A stretch of 40,772 nucleotides of DNA from an uncultured Anaerolineaceae bacterium. Lineage in GTDB: Bacteria > Chloroflexota > Limnocylindria > Limnocylindrales > CSP1-4. Below the pieces are notes generated by a model that was given only the letters and a program-made list of their open reading frames with translations, did no database searches and was not told where the DNA came from. Positions 26,088 to 36,071 of the stretch are shown here, one piece after another (positions within the stretch are counted from its first letter, which is position 1; every line of letters starts with the position of its first letter). The position numbers and the translations under genes are program-made. Where the stretch lies: NCBI GenBank assembly GCA_964629105.1, contig CAZVPS010000001.1, positions 1-40,772 on the forward strand, written 5' to 3'.

Positions 26088-27971
26088 TCACGCCGTTCTG
26101 AAGCTCGTCACGCCCTGTGTCTTGAAGATCTGCACAGCGTTTGCCTTGAGCTGGTCGTTGCCGGCAAAGCCCTCGTCCAGGCAGACCACGCGCTCGGGTC
26201 TCCGCTCCGCCATGGCACGGATCAGGTCCAGCGTCAGCGCACGCTCGAGGCAGATCAGGAGCGCGCCACCCGCCGCGCTGTGGACCGTGGTCCCTGCTAG
26301 CTCGAGCGTCTCAACCGGAGTGGTGAGTACGAAGCCGCTCTTCAGCAGGATCTCGTAGAGCAGGTCCTCCGGTGTACGCCCCTCGCGGAGGTGGTCGACG
26401 TGCAGTTCGAGTTGTTCCTCCAGGGCCGCGATTTCGTGCGCCACGCCGGCGTTCCAAGGATTGAAGTTGGACTCGGCAAGCTTGAAGACGCGGAAGCCGC
26501 GGTCTTGATTGTGGGCGCGGTCCAGGTCGAGCTTGCCTGCGTCCTTGTCGTTCAGTTCCTTGATGACCCGGCGGACGCGCTCCTTGGTGATGTCGGCGAT
26601 GGTCGGATAGTCCTCGCGGTCGGTGGGTTCCGGAAGCTGGACGAGGATAAACGTGCGTTTGCCGCCGTCTTGCGAATTCAGATCGAGAACGGCGTGCGCC
26701 GTGGTTCCTGAGCCCGCGAAGAAGTCCAGGACGACCCCCTCTTCATCACCGCCCATCCCAATGCACTTCGCCAGCAATCCGACCGGCTTCGGACTGTCGA
26801 AGACCTTCCCGCCGAACATGGCTCTCATGTCCCTTGAGGCCTTCTTGTTTCCCTCAATGTCCGTCCAGAGATTGGAGGGTTGCTTCTTGCGGCCCTCCAG
26901 GTAGAACTTCTGATACGGTCGCCAACTCAGGCGGCCGCCGTCCGGGATCTCTTTCCATTCGATCAGACCATCCCGTTCGAGCTCTTCGTACCTCCTTCGG
27001 CCGCAGATCCAGCGACTCTCATAGCCGCCCGGTCCAACGGGGAAGACTTCGACGCCGTCGGGGCCTTTGATCGGGTAGTACATGCTCGGTCGGTCCTCGC
27101 GGCGATCCTCCCCGCCCGTCCGTCTGAGTGATCGGGTTAGGTAGCGTCCCCGTTCGTCCTCTTGGTCATAGATCTTCGCGTCCTCCTCGGACAGCGACAG
27201 ACCCTGAAGGCCAGCTTCGGCGGACTTGGAGAAGATGACTACGTAGTCAACGATGTTGACGAGGATGTCGCTGCCGCCGCCAGTAGGAGTCCCAGTACTC
27301 CGGGTGACCATCCCTACGAAGTTCTCTTCGCCGAAGACTTCCTTGCCCAGCTCAATCAGGTGGCTCTGCTCGTGGTCGTCGATGGAGACGAAGATCATCC
27401 CCTCGTCGGCCAAGAGATTGCGAGCCAGGTAGAGCCGCGGGTACATCATGTTTAACCACTTCGAGTGGAAGCGGCCGTCTGTCTCGGTGTTGGTGCTGAA
27501 CTTCTTGCCATCTGCGTCCGCCTGCCCCGTGTATTCCAGGTAGGTCTGGAGACTCTCGGCGTAGTTGTCTGGGTAGATGAAGTCGTTGCCCGTGTTGTAG
27601 GGCGGGTCGATGTAGATCATCTTGACCTTGCCCAGGTACGACTTCTGGAGAAGCTTCAGTACCTCGAGGTTGTCCCCCTCGATGATGAGGTGCTCGGTGG
27701 CATCGAAGTTGACGCTCTCTTCCCGGATGGGACGGAGCGTCCCGAGGCTCGGCATTTGGATCGTCCTGAAGCAGTCGGCCTTGCCGGGCCAGCTCATGCC
27801 ATAGCGTTCCTTGCCGACGTCCACGGCGTCGCCGAGCGCAGCTTTCAGCCGGTCGAAGTCGAGCCTCCCGCCTTCGGTGCGGATCTCGGGGAATAGGCGC
27901 AACAGCTCCTGCACCTTGTCCTCGGCGAGGTCCAGCGAGTGCTGGTCGAGATGTTCGGGCTGGTCGGTCAC
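26088..27971 (-). CDS. mod: type III restriction-modification Mod methyltransferase
   Basis: IYIDPPYNTGNDFIY (motif IV) precedes LDFFAGSGTTAHAV (motif I), i.e. beta-class order. 627 aa. GGAG lies 6 nt before the GTG start. Confidence 0.9.
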   Translation of the reverse strand: MTDQPEHLDQHSLDLAEDKVQELLRLFPEIRTEGGRLDFDRLKAALGDAVDVGKERYGMSWPGKADCFRTIQMPSLGTLRPIREESVNFDATEHLIIEGDNLEVLKLLQKSYLGKVKMIYIDPPYNTGNDFIYPDNYAESLQTYLEYTGQADADGKKFSTNTETDGRFHSKWLNMMYPRLYLARNLLADEGMIFVSIDDHEQSHLIELGKEVFGEENFVGMVTRSTGTPTGGGSDILVNIVDYVVIFSKSAEAGLQGLSLSEEDAKIYDQEDERGRYLTRSLRRTGGEDRREDRPSMYYPIKGPDGVEVFPVGPGGYESRWICGRRRYEELERDGLIEWKEIPDGGRLSWRPYQKFYLEGRKKQPSNLWTDIEGNKKASRDMRAMFGGKVFDSPKPVGLLAKCIGMGGDEEGVVLDFFAGSGTTAHAVLDLNSQDGGKRTFILVQLPEPTDREDYPTIADITKERVRRVIKELNDKDAGKLDLDRAHNQDRGFRVFKLAESNFNPWNAGVAHEIAALEEQLELHVDHLREGRTPEDLLYEILLKSGFVLTTPVETLELAGTTVHSAAGGALLICLERALTLDLIRAMAERRPERVVCLDEGFAGNDQLKANAVQIFKTQGVTSFRTA

Positions 27972-28029
27972 GTCAACTCCGGGTTCGTCGCGTATCTGAT
28001 GATCCTCTCGCAGAGCATCGTCAAGGTAC

Positions 28030-29079
28030 TCACCTCACGGCACGCAGGCGCGGTCGATCGGCGAGATGGGCACGGAATTCGGCCTCCGGGATGCCGGTAA
28101 TGGCCACGAGATCCGAGATCGAGTAGTCGTGCTGCTGTCGGTGGACATCCACGATCGCGTGCACGACCGTCGGCTCCTCGATGGGCACCTCCACTGGCTC
28201 GGCGAGCCGGTAGCCCAGCCGACTCAGCTGCGCGAACAATCCCTTCGCCCGACCCGGTGAGATCACTCCGAGGTCGCGCGCGCGCATTACGAGGGCGGCC
28301 ATCGAGACCTTCCAATAGGCCTTGAGCTGAGCTGCCCGGACGAGGTCGAGTCGCAGAAGATCCGACTTGACCTCTCGCGCCGGCATCAGGAATTCAGCCG
28401 CGAACCGATCCGCCTCGTGCTCCATCTCGCTATTTGGGACGCGGTGCATGACCATGTGCCCGATTTCGTGCGCCAGCGAAAACCGCAGGCGATCCCCCGG
28501 CGCCTCGGCGTTCAGGAGAAAGACGGGCGGCATGTGGGGCGGCCAGTGGCTCACGGCATCGAGCTGGCGAGTGCCGAACGGCAGGCGATAGACGATGCCC
28601 CCGGCCGACTCGACGGCTGCGACGAGATCGACGACGGGTCCGAGCGGCAGCCGCCAGGTCGCCCGGACCAGCTGGGCAATCCGATCAGGTGATCCGTCGA
28701 ACTGGTCGATGTCCAGCACCGGGAACTCGTTCTCGGCGTCGAGGGTGATATCTCGCAGGAGCGGAGTGAGAGCGATGCGCAGGACGTTCGCGGTCGCCTG
28801 GACAACTCGAAGCCTGCCAACAGGCAGGGTGGCCTGCCTGCGGTGATAGAGACATGCCGACCCGAACCCGTAGACCTGCTCAGTCCTAAAGAAGAACTCG
28901 ACCGGCCAGTCCAGGGCAATGGCAATCCGCTCCAGCGTGTCTCGCGGCGCAAGGACGATGCCGTTCTCGAACTTCGAGATGTAGCCCTGCGTGAGTCCGG
29001 CGCGCAGTGCGAGTTCGGATTGGGTCAGGCCTCTGTACTCGCGGACCAGAGTCAGCATGGCCGGATTTGCACCAGCCAC
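28030..29079 (-). CDS. fused XRE-family HTH / ImmA-IrrE (COG2856) zinc metallopeptidase
   Basis: N-terminal LREYRGLTQSELALRAGLTQGYISKFENG (HTH_XRE). Central HEIGH zinc motif with a downstream EADRFAAEFLMP. Start is GTG 29079 or ATG 29058. Confidence 0.85.
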   Translation of the reverse strand: MAGANPAMLTLVREYRGLTQSELALRAGLTQGYISKFENGIVLAPRDTLERIAIALDWPVEFFFRTEQVYGFGSACLYHRRQATLPVGRLRVVQATANVLRIALTPLLRDITLDAENEFPVLDIDQFDGSPDRIAQLVRATWRLPLGPVVDLVAAVESAGGIVYRLPFGTRQLDAVSHWPPHMPPVFLLNAEAPGDRLRFSLAHEIGHMVMHRVPNSEMEHEADRFAAEFLMPAREVKSDLLRLDLVRAAQLKAYWKVSMAALVMRARDLGVISPGRAKGLFAQLSRLGYRLAEPVEVPIEEPTVVHAIVDVHRQQHDYSISDLVAITGIPEAEFRAHLADRPRLRAVR

Positions 29080-29720
29080 TACTTCGCCTCCTCGTCCTCC
29101 GAGGGCTTCGGCCTCGTCGAGCGAGGCGTCGCCGGCCTGGGCTGGTCACCTGCGGGCGGCAACGCGACCGGCATGCCAGCCGCAGGTGGCAAGTCGATCT
29201 GCCAGAGAACCTGGCCATGCCGTAGCAGCACGAGAACGAGCCGGTCGATGCCCGTTTCCAGCCTGTCGAGCAGGTATCCCGCGACGATCATCGGCACCGG
29301 TCGCCAAAGCGAGAGCTGCTGCATTTTCGTCTGCGCCTGATCGGCGAACAGCTGCTGCTGGCGCGTTGGAATCCCTCGGATCTGGAGGTTGTTGTCGAGC
29401 TTCTTGAACCGCAGCAGAGCCAGCGAGAAGTCCAAGATCAGGAGGCCGTGGACCCGCGCCTTGCCGACTTCGTTCATCGAGTCGAACAGGTCTTCAGCGC
29501 GCCTCGTTGCGTGGTCCCACACGATTCTGGCGCGGGCGCTCTTGCCAAGCGGGCGACCCTGCGGAGTGCTTCGGACAGCCTCCCAAGCGACCCAACCTGA
29601 CATCAGGCAGTCCGACAAGAGGGGGAAGTATGGGGCGAAGAGGGCCCTCGCCTCGGCCTCCGATATCAGCTCGTCGTCCACTGCGGCAGCGTACTCTGGC
29701 GATCGCAAATCGTCAAGCAA
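29079..29720 (-). CDS. hypothetical protein U2 (213 aa)
   Basis: TTG start 4 nt after GGGAA. Its stop overlaps the XRE-ImmA start by 1 nt. Composition is ordinary; no motif recognised. Confidence 0.5.
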   Translation of the reverse strand: MLDDLRSPEYAAAVDDELISEAEARALFAPYFPLLSDCLMSGWVAWEAVRSTPQGRPLGKSARARIVWDHATRRAEDLFDSMNEVGKARVHGLLILDFSLALLRFKKLDNNLQIRGIPTRQQQLFADQAQTKMQQLSLWRPVPMIVAGYLLDRLETGIDRLVLVLLRHGQVLWQIDLPPAAGMPVALPPAGDQPRPATPRSTRPKPSEDEEAK

Positions 29721-29732
29721 TTATTCCCGATA

Positions 29733-31235
29733 TTATGACTCGCCCGTACCAGCGTCGCGTTCTTGGTACCGCTTGCGACGGCGGAGTGTCTTGGCTACCC
29801 GTTCAGGCAGCCACGGTTCCGGGCTGGCGAGGTCCGTCTTGATCGCTCGGTCCGTCCTCGCGCGTTCGTCGATCTCCTGCTCGATGAGGTTGATCTCGTC
29901 CTCGATCGTGTGGTCATGCGTCTCTGCGCTGAGCCGCCGCCGACGCTCCCGCTGCGAGAAGCGATACCGCTCGCGGTCGGTGCAGAAGCTTGAACGGCGC
30001 GCGTCGAGGGTCAGGAACGGCTGCCCGCACTCCCGGCAGAGGGCGGCACCACGCTGTCCCTCGGTCACCCGGCGCAGACCTTCGAGCAGCTGGAGGTAGA
30101 CGGGCGCGAGGAGTGAGCTCCACCAGCGCCGCTCATGAACGACGAGCGGACCGGGGAAGCGGTCAGCGAGGTTCTCGCCCTCCCGCGTCAGGTCGCGCTC
30201 GAGCCCCGCTCGGCCGATCTCCACCTGATACTCCGCAGCCCGCCGGACGTACGGAGCCAGCAGGCGACGCTCTAGCTCCACCAAACCCCACCAGTCGGCG
30301 CTGAGTCGCCCGACTGGCGATCGGCCGGAGGGCGGGCCCAGCTCGATGTCGTAGCCCGCCCAGTCCTCCTGGTACCAGCTTGCGAGCGGGACCCACAGGA
30401 TCGGGATGCCTTCCGCGGTGATCCGCTGCCAAGCCGCGTGCGCGGTGGGCCACCACTGCTCGGTGAACTGCTTCCGCGTGACGCCCACGAGGTTGTACTC
30501 GCTGAGTGAGCCGCCTTTGACCACGTCATCGAACCGGGCATAGTGCTGCATCAGGGGCGTGATGTGCGACTCGAAGTTGCTGGACCCACCGAGCCACAGC
30601 GCCCCACCGGTCGGATCGAGCAGCGCGGGCTGCGCCCAGGCCGGGTCCCAGCCCTCGTGCGGCTGCCAGCCGCGCCGCGGGGGAACGGCTCGCTCGCGCT
30701 CGTCGCTCAACCGAGCCAGAGCCATGAGGTGCCAACGCACGTTCGCCTGCTGCTGGAGAACGTTGAGCGGGGCGTCGTGGAAGCTCGCGTCCTCGGGCGG
30801 CCAGTCGTGGGACTCGAAGTCGTCGCCCGGGAAGAAGTGAGCGAGGTCAAGCACCCCATGCGCCTGGTACCACGGCCGGGCAGCCTTGCGATTCGTCAGG
30901 TGGACCCGGGCGAACTCCTCAGCGAGCAATAGGTCGCTCGCGACTCGCTCAAAGGGGTCATACCCGGCGTCAGTGAGGTCGCCAACGATGTCTCCCTGGT
31001 TCCCGAAGTCGTTGCCGCGATACAGGATCTTCACCTCAACGGGCAACCGCAGGCGACCGTCACCGGCGAAGCGAGGACGGAGGCTCACTCCAGAGTATCT
31101 CCGCACGATGTCATCGACAGATTCGTTGTTGCCGTGGACACGTCGCGCCTCTAGAATGTCGGAAGCGTCACCAGCAATGTGCGTGGACGCGATGACACGG
31201 AGGATAGCGCAAGTGTCGACGCCAGGGAAGCCCAT
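29733..31235 (-). CDS. hypothetical protein U1 (about 450-500 aa), Trp-rich, with a C-terminal Cys cluster and a basic coiled-coil tail
   Basis: Long protein-like ORF. ALCRECGQPFLTLDARRSSFC followed by RERRRRL and IEDEINLIEQEIDERA. Start is uncertain: ATG 31235 overlaps the divergent HTH start, and GTG 31088 lies 9 nt after GGAGA. The part of track ORF 29733..31871 above 31235 is antisense to real genes. Confidence 0.55.
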   Translation of the reverse strand: MGFPGVDTCAILRVIASTHIAGDASDILEARRVHGNNESVDDIVRRYSGVSLRPRFAGDGRLRLPVEVKILYRGNDFGNQGDIVGDLTDAGYDPFERVASDLLLAEEFARVHLTNRKAARPWYQAHGVLDLAHFFPGDDFESHDWPPEDASFHDAPLNVLQQQANVRWHLMALARLSDERERAVPPRRGWQPHEGWDPAWAQPALLDPTGGALWLGGSSNFESHITPLMQHYARFDDVVKGGSLSEYNLVGVTRKQFTEQWWPTAHAAWQRITAEGIPILWVPLASWYQEDWAGYDIELGPPSGRSPVGRLSADWWGLVELERRLLAPYVRRAAEYQVEIGRAGLERDLTREGENLADRFPGPLVVHERRWWSSLLAPVYLQLLEGLRRVTEGQRGAALCRECGQPFLTLDARRSSFCTDRERYRFSQRERRRRLSAETHDHTIEDEINLIEQEIDERARTDRAIKTDLASPEPWLPERVAKTLRRRKRYQERDAGTGES

Positions 31236-31428
31236 GGATGTGGTGGACGATTCCCGTGGGCGCCTGCTCCGGATTGAGAACGTCGCGGAGCGCTTGTCGG
31301 TGAGCCGATCGATGGCCTGGAAGATCATCGACCTCGGCCTTTTGCGTTCGGTGCGCATCGGCCGAGCCGTGCGCGTCCGGCCGCAGGACCTCGAGGCGTA
31401 CCTCACCGATCCCGCCCGCGAGCGGTGA
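31234..31428 (+). CDS. excisionase-family / MerR-like HTH DNA-binding protein (64 aa)
   Basis: LLRIENVAERLSVSRSMAWKIIDLGLLRSVRIGRAVRVRPQDLEAYL matches the HTH_17 excisionase pattern. Its stop overlaps the start of the replication gene. Confidence 0.75.
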   Translation: MDVVDDSRGRLLRIENVAERLSVSRSMAWKIIDLGLLRSVRIGRAVRVRPQDLEAYLTDPARER

Positions 31429-33680
31429 TCGTGATCCGTGCCCTTCTGGAGGGAGCCTTGGCAATGGCAGCCGCTGGCTGGACAGTGGTTCCGCTGCACA
31501 CGCCGGTCGACGGAGCCTGCGACTGCCGTCGGCCGGGGTGCTCGTCGCCCGGCAAGCATCCCCGGACGAAGAACGGCCTCAGCGACGCGACCACGGACGC
31601 CGATCAGATCCGCACGTGGTGGGGCATGTCGCCCACCGCAAACATCGGCGCGGTCGTTCCGGACGGCCTCATCGTCGTCGACGTGGACGTCGCGGACCCC
31701 GTCACAGTCTTCCGGAGCGACGAGCTCCCGACGACCGCGATGGCGAAGACGGGGCGCGGCCACCATCTGATCTACCGCACCGCCATCCCGATCCGGCCGA
31801 AGGTCGGCGTCAGGGAGCACATCGACCTCCGGGGACCCGGCTCCTACATCGTCGTCCCGCCATCGCTCCACAGCAGCGGGGTGCGCTACGAGTGGGTCGT
31901 CTCACTCGAGGATGGGATCGCGGATGCGCCGGCCTGGATCGCCGAAGCCGAACGATCGCGACGGAACGCAGACGACCGACCAGGTGACTCGGACAGAATC
32001 CTCGAAGGCGAGCGGAACGTTCGGCTGACGTCCTTGGCCGGCGCGATGCGCCACCGCGGCATGACGGCGACTGAGATCGAGGTCGCACTGTTGGCGGTCA
32101 ATGCCGGTCGATGCCAGCCGCCCCTCCCGGACGGCGAGGTTCGGACGATCGCGGCCTCGATCGGGAGCAAGCCGCCCGGGGCGCGTCTGGGCCAAGCGAG
32201 GCGCCCGGCCGCATCGCGTCCGCTCCTCGAGACCGACGATGAGCCCGGCGGTCCGTGGGCAGATCCCAGCGAAGCGGCCGCCGACCGAGTAGATCATCTC
32301 AGCCGACAGTCGCTCGCGGCCCACCACTTCGCCAGGGGCAAAGGGGCCGAAGTGCGCTTCGACCATGGTCGACGGATCTGGCTGATCTGGCACGGTCACT
32401 GCTGGCGACCGGACCGGGACCAAGGGGTCCGTAGGCTGTGGCTGGACGTGCTCCGCGACCGATACGCAGAGGCGCTCAGCATCGCCGACAGCGAGATGCG
32501 CGGGCGGACAATCGCGGCGATCATGGCCGCTGGGGCAACAGACGACGCGATCGCAGCGGGCCTGCGGATCACAGCGTCGATGATGCCCGCGGCCACGAGC
32601 GGCGACGCCTGGGACCCGGACCCATGGATCCTTGGGTGCGAGAACGGGCTCGTCGACCTCCGGACCGGTGCCCTCAGGGTCGGGCGGCCCGCTGACATGG
32701 TGAGTCGGTCCACCGGGCTCGACTACGACCCTCGGGCGACCTGTCCCCGCTGGGACCGCTTCCTCCAGGAAGTCTTCGCTGCCGACCAGGAGCTCATCGA
32801 CTGGTTCGCGAAGCTCATCGGTGCATCCCTCGTCGGCACTTCTAAGGAGCTGCTCGCCGTCCACTACGGCTCGGGCAACAACGGGAAGTCCGTCGCCTTC
32901 CGGACGCTCGGCCGTGAGGTGGCGGGAGAGTACAGCGTCGAGATCGCCGTCGAGACGGTCATCAACGCCAACCGGACGGCCGGCGCCCCGACGTCCGATC
33001 TCATGCGTCTTCGGGGTGCACGCCTCGCCTTCACGAGCGAACCCGAGCAGGGCGCCAAGCTCAAGGGCGGGACGCTCAAGCGCCTCGCAACGATTGACCT
33101 GATGACCGGCCGCGAGCTTCACGGTCGCCAGGAGGAGTGGGAACCGAGCCACACCCTTCACCTCGCCACAAACCACCTGCCCGTCGCGGACGATGCCTCC
33201 GAGGGCTTCTGGCGTCGGATTGCGCTGATCCCGTGGGCCGTCCGGTTCGCCAAGCGCGGCGAGTCCAGCGATGCGCCGGCCGAAGACCCCGGCCTGGCGA
33301 GCATCCTCGCCGGGGAGGCGCCGGGGATTCTCGCCTGGGCTGTCCGCGGCGCCGTAGCCTATGCGACCGCCGGGACGCTGCATCCGTTCCCGGCGGCGGT
33401 CGCGCGCGAAACCGCTGCCTACCGCGCCGAGGAGGACCCACTCGGTGGGTTCCTGCGCGAGTGGGTTGTTCCCCAAGCTGACGCCGCAACGCCGGGGCCC
33501 AAGGTCTACGAGCAGTACGCAATCTGGGCCGGTCTCGTCGGAGCCAAGCCGATGACAGCACCGGTCTTCGGCCGGGCGTTCACCGAGCGCCATGATCGAC
33601 TCGGCTTCCCTGTTCGTCGGCGGGTCGTCCACGGCAGCCCCGTCTACGAGGGGCTGATCGCGCAGAGGCCCTCCGAATGA
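31425..33680 (+). CDS. bifunctional primase-polymerase / PriCT / D5_N-SF3 helicase replication protein
   Basis: Prim-Pol N-terminus (GWTVVPLH..GKHPR, VVDVDV, GRGHHLIY, SYIVVPPS). PriCT-like GERNVRLTSLAGAMRHRG. Walker A GSGNNGKS. Start is GTG 31425 or ATG 31464. Confidence 0.85.
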   Translation: MIVIRALLEGALAMAAAGWTVVPLHTPVDGACDCRRPGCSSPGKHPRTKNGLSDATTDADQIRTWWGMSPTANIGAVVPDGLIVVDVDVADPVTVFRSDELPTTAMAKTGRGHHLIYRTAIPIRPKVGVREHIDLRGPGSYIVVPPSLHSSGVRYEWVVSLEDGIADAPAWIAEAERSRRNADDRPGDSDRILEGERNVRLTSLAGAMRHRGMTATEIEVALLAVNAGRCQPPLPDGEVRTIAASIGSKPPGARLGQARRPAASRPLLETDDEPGGPWADPSEAAADRVDHLSRQSLAAHHFARGKGAEVRFDHGRRIWLIWHGHCWRPDRDQGVRRLWLDVLRDRYAEALSIADSEMRGRTIAAIMAAGATDDAIAAGLRITASMMPAATSGDAWDPDPWILGCENGLVDLRTGALRVGRPADMVSRSTGLDYDPRATCPRWDRFLQEVFAADQELIDWFAKLIGASLVGTSKELLAVHYGSGNNGKSVAFRTLGREVAGEYSVEIAVETVINANRTAGAPTSDLMRLRGARLAFTSEPEQGAKLKGGTLKRLATIDLMTGRELHGRQEEWEPSHTLHLATNHLPVADDASEGFWRRIALIPWAVRFAKRGESSDAPAEDPGLASILAGEAPGILAWAVRGAVAYATAGTLHPFPAAVARETAAYRAEEDPLGGFLREWVVPQADAATPGPKVYEQYAIWAGLVGAKPMTAPVFGRAFTERHDRLGFPVRRRVVHGSPVYEGLIAQRPSE

Positions 33681-34046
33681 GCCGGAGGGGTGGGCAGGGT
33701 GAGCAATTCGCCCCTTCCTCGGTCTTCTCCTCGCATGTATTCGGGAGAGACCGAGTAACAGCGTCGTTGCTCCCCCTGCTCACCCCCGAGGCCAAGCCGG
33801 CGCGCCCCATCGGAGCGGTGCGCTCCGCCCGGACGACAGGCTGCCCGAACTGCCATACGCCCAAGCAGCTGGCGCCGACATGAACGGTCCCGCATCGACC
33901 GGCCTACGGGACCGTGGCACCCGTGACCCCGTTCCTCGACCGATCAACGCCGTCATCCTCGCCCTCGTCGTCGCGCTTCGCGATGTTGAACAACGGCGCG
34001 GGCGAGGTAAGGTGCTGACCCACTTGACCAGCAAGAGGCCGGCAGC

Positions 34047-35595
<1,549 letters not shown>

Positions 35596-35625
35596 ACCGA
35601 GGTGCTCGTTGAGCAGAGCCGGTGG

Positions 35626-35631
35626 ATTGTA
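35626..35631 (-). promoter_or_regulatory. candidate -10 box (TACAAT) for tRNA-Pro
   Basis: TACAAT on the minus strand, 30 nt upstream of the mature tRNA 5' end. No convincing -35 box. Confidence 0.3.
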
Positions 35632-35932
35632 GCGCGGGTGACCCGAGGCTGCCTTCGGCCGTCGGCCGGGACCGCGGGGACTCGAGCTCGGCCCCCTCTC
35701 GCACCTGGGCGCGGCGGGGCCGATCGGTGCCGAGGCGCACCACTCCGTCGGGCTCCGTAGCCCGGAAGTACTACCCGCAGGCGAGTACCCGGTACCAACG
35801 GCCCATGTTCAAACACCCGCGGCGAGCCGTACGGTCCGGGCACGCGCCAAGAGCGGCGACCCTCGAGTGGCGCGAGAGGGCCGCCCACCTCCCCGTCACG
35901 ACAACGCGCCGACCGCGCCCGGGAGACCAGAC

Positions 35933-36028
35933 ATGCACGACCAGCTCAAGGCCCGCCTCTTCGGCCTCGCGGTGACGTTCGCCGCGCTGGCGGTCTTCAT
36001 CACGCCGCTCTGGACGAAGAAGTTCTAG
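35933..36028 (+). CDS. possible 31-aa single-pass membrane peptide
   Basis: ATG after GGGAGA. Reads MHDQLKARLFGLAVTFAALAVFITPLWTKKF, one hydrophobic helix. Very short, so weak support. Confidence 0.25.
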   Translation: MHDQLKARLFGLAVTFAALAVFITPLWTKKF

Positions 36029-36041
36029 CGTCGAACGCCGT

Positions 36042-36067
36042 GGGCCGCGGATCCCTCCCCGCGACCC
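36042..36067. terminator. candidate bidirectional stem-loop between convergent genes
   Basis: GGGCCGCGG (36042-36050) pairs with CCGCGACCC (36059-36067) at 8 of 9 bp, with an 8-nt loop. No U-tract. Confidence 0.3.
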
Positions 36068-36071
36068 GAAC

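Noticed and set aside
27972-28029. Promoter call for mod based on the TTGACG hexamer
   Set aside because: No acceptable -10 hexamer sits at 16-19 nt spacing, so it is mentioned in the findings but not annotated as a feature.
31236-31871. Upstream part of the 712-aa minus-strand ORF 29733..31871
   Set aside because: It is antisense to the excisionase-like HTH and the Prim-Pol N-terminus, with non-protein-like composition.
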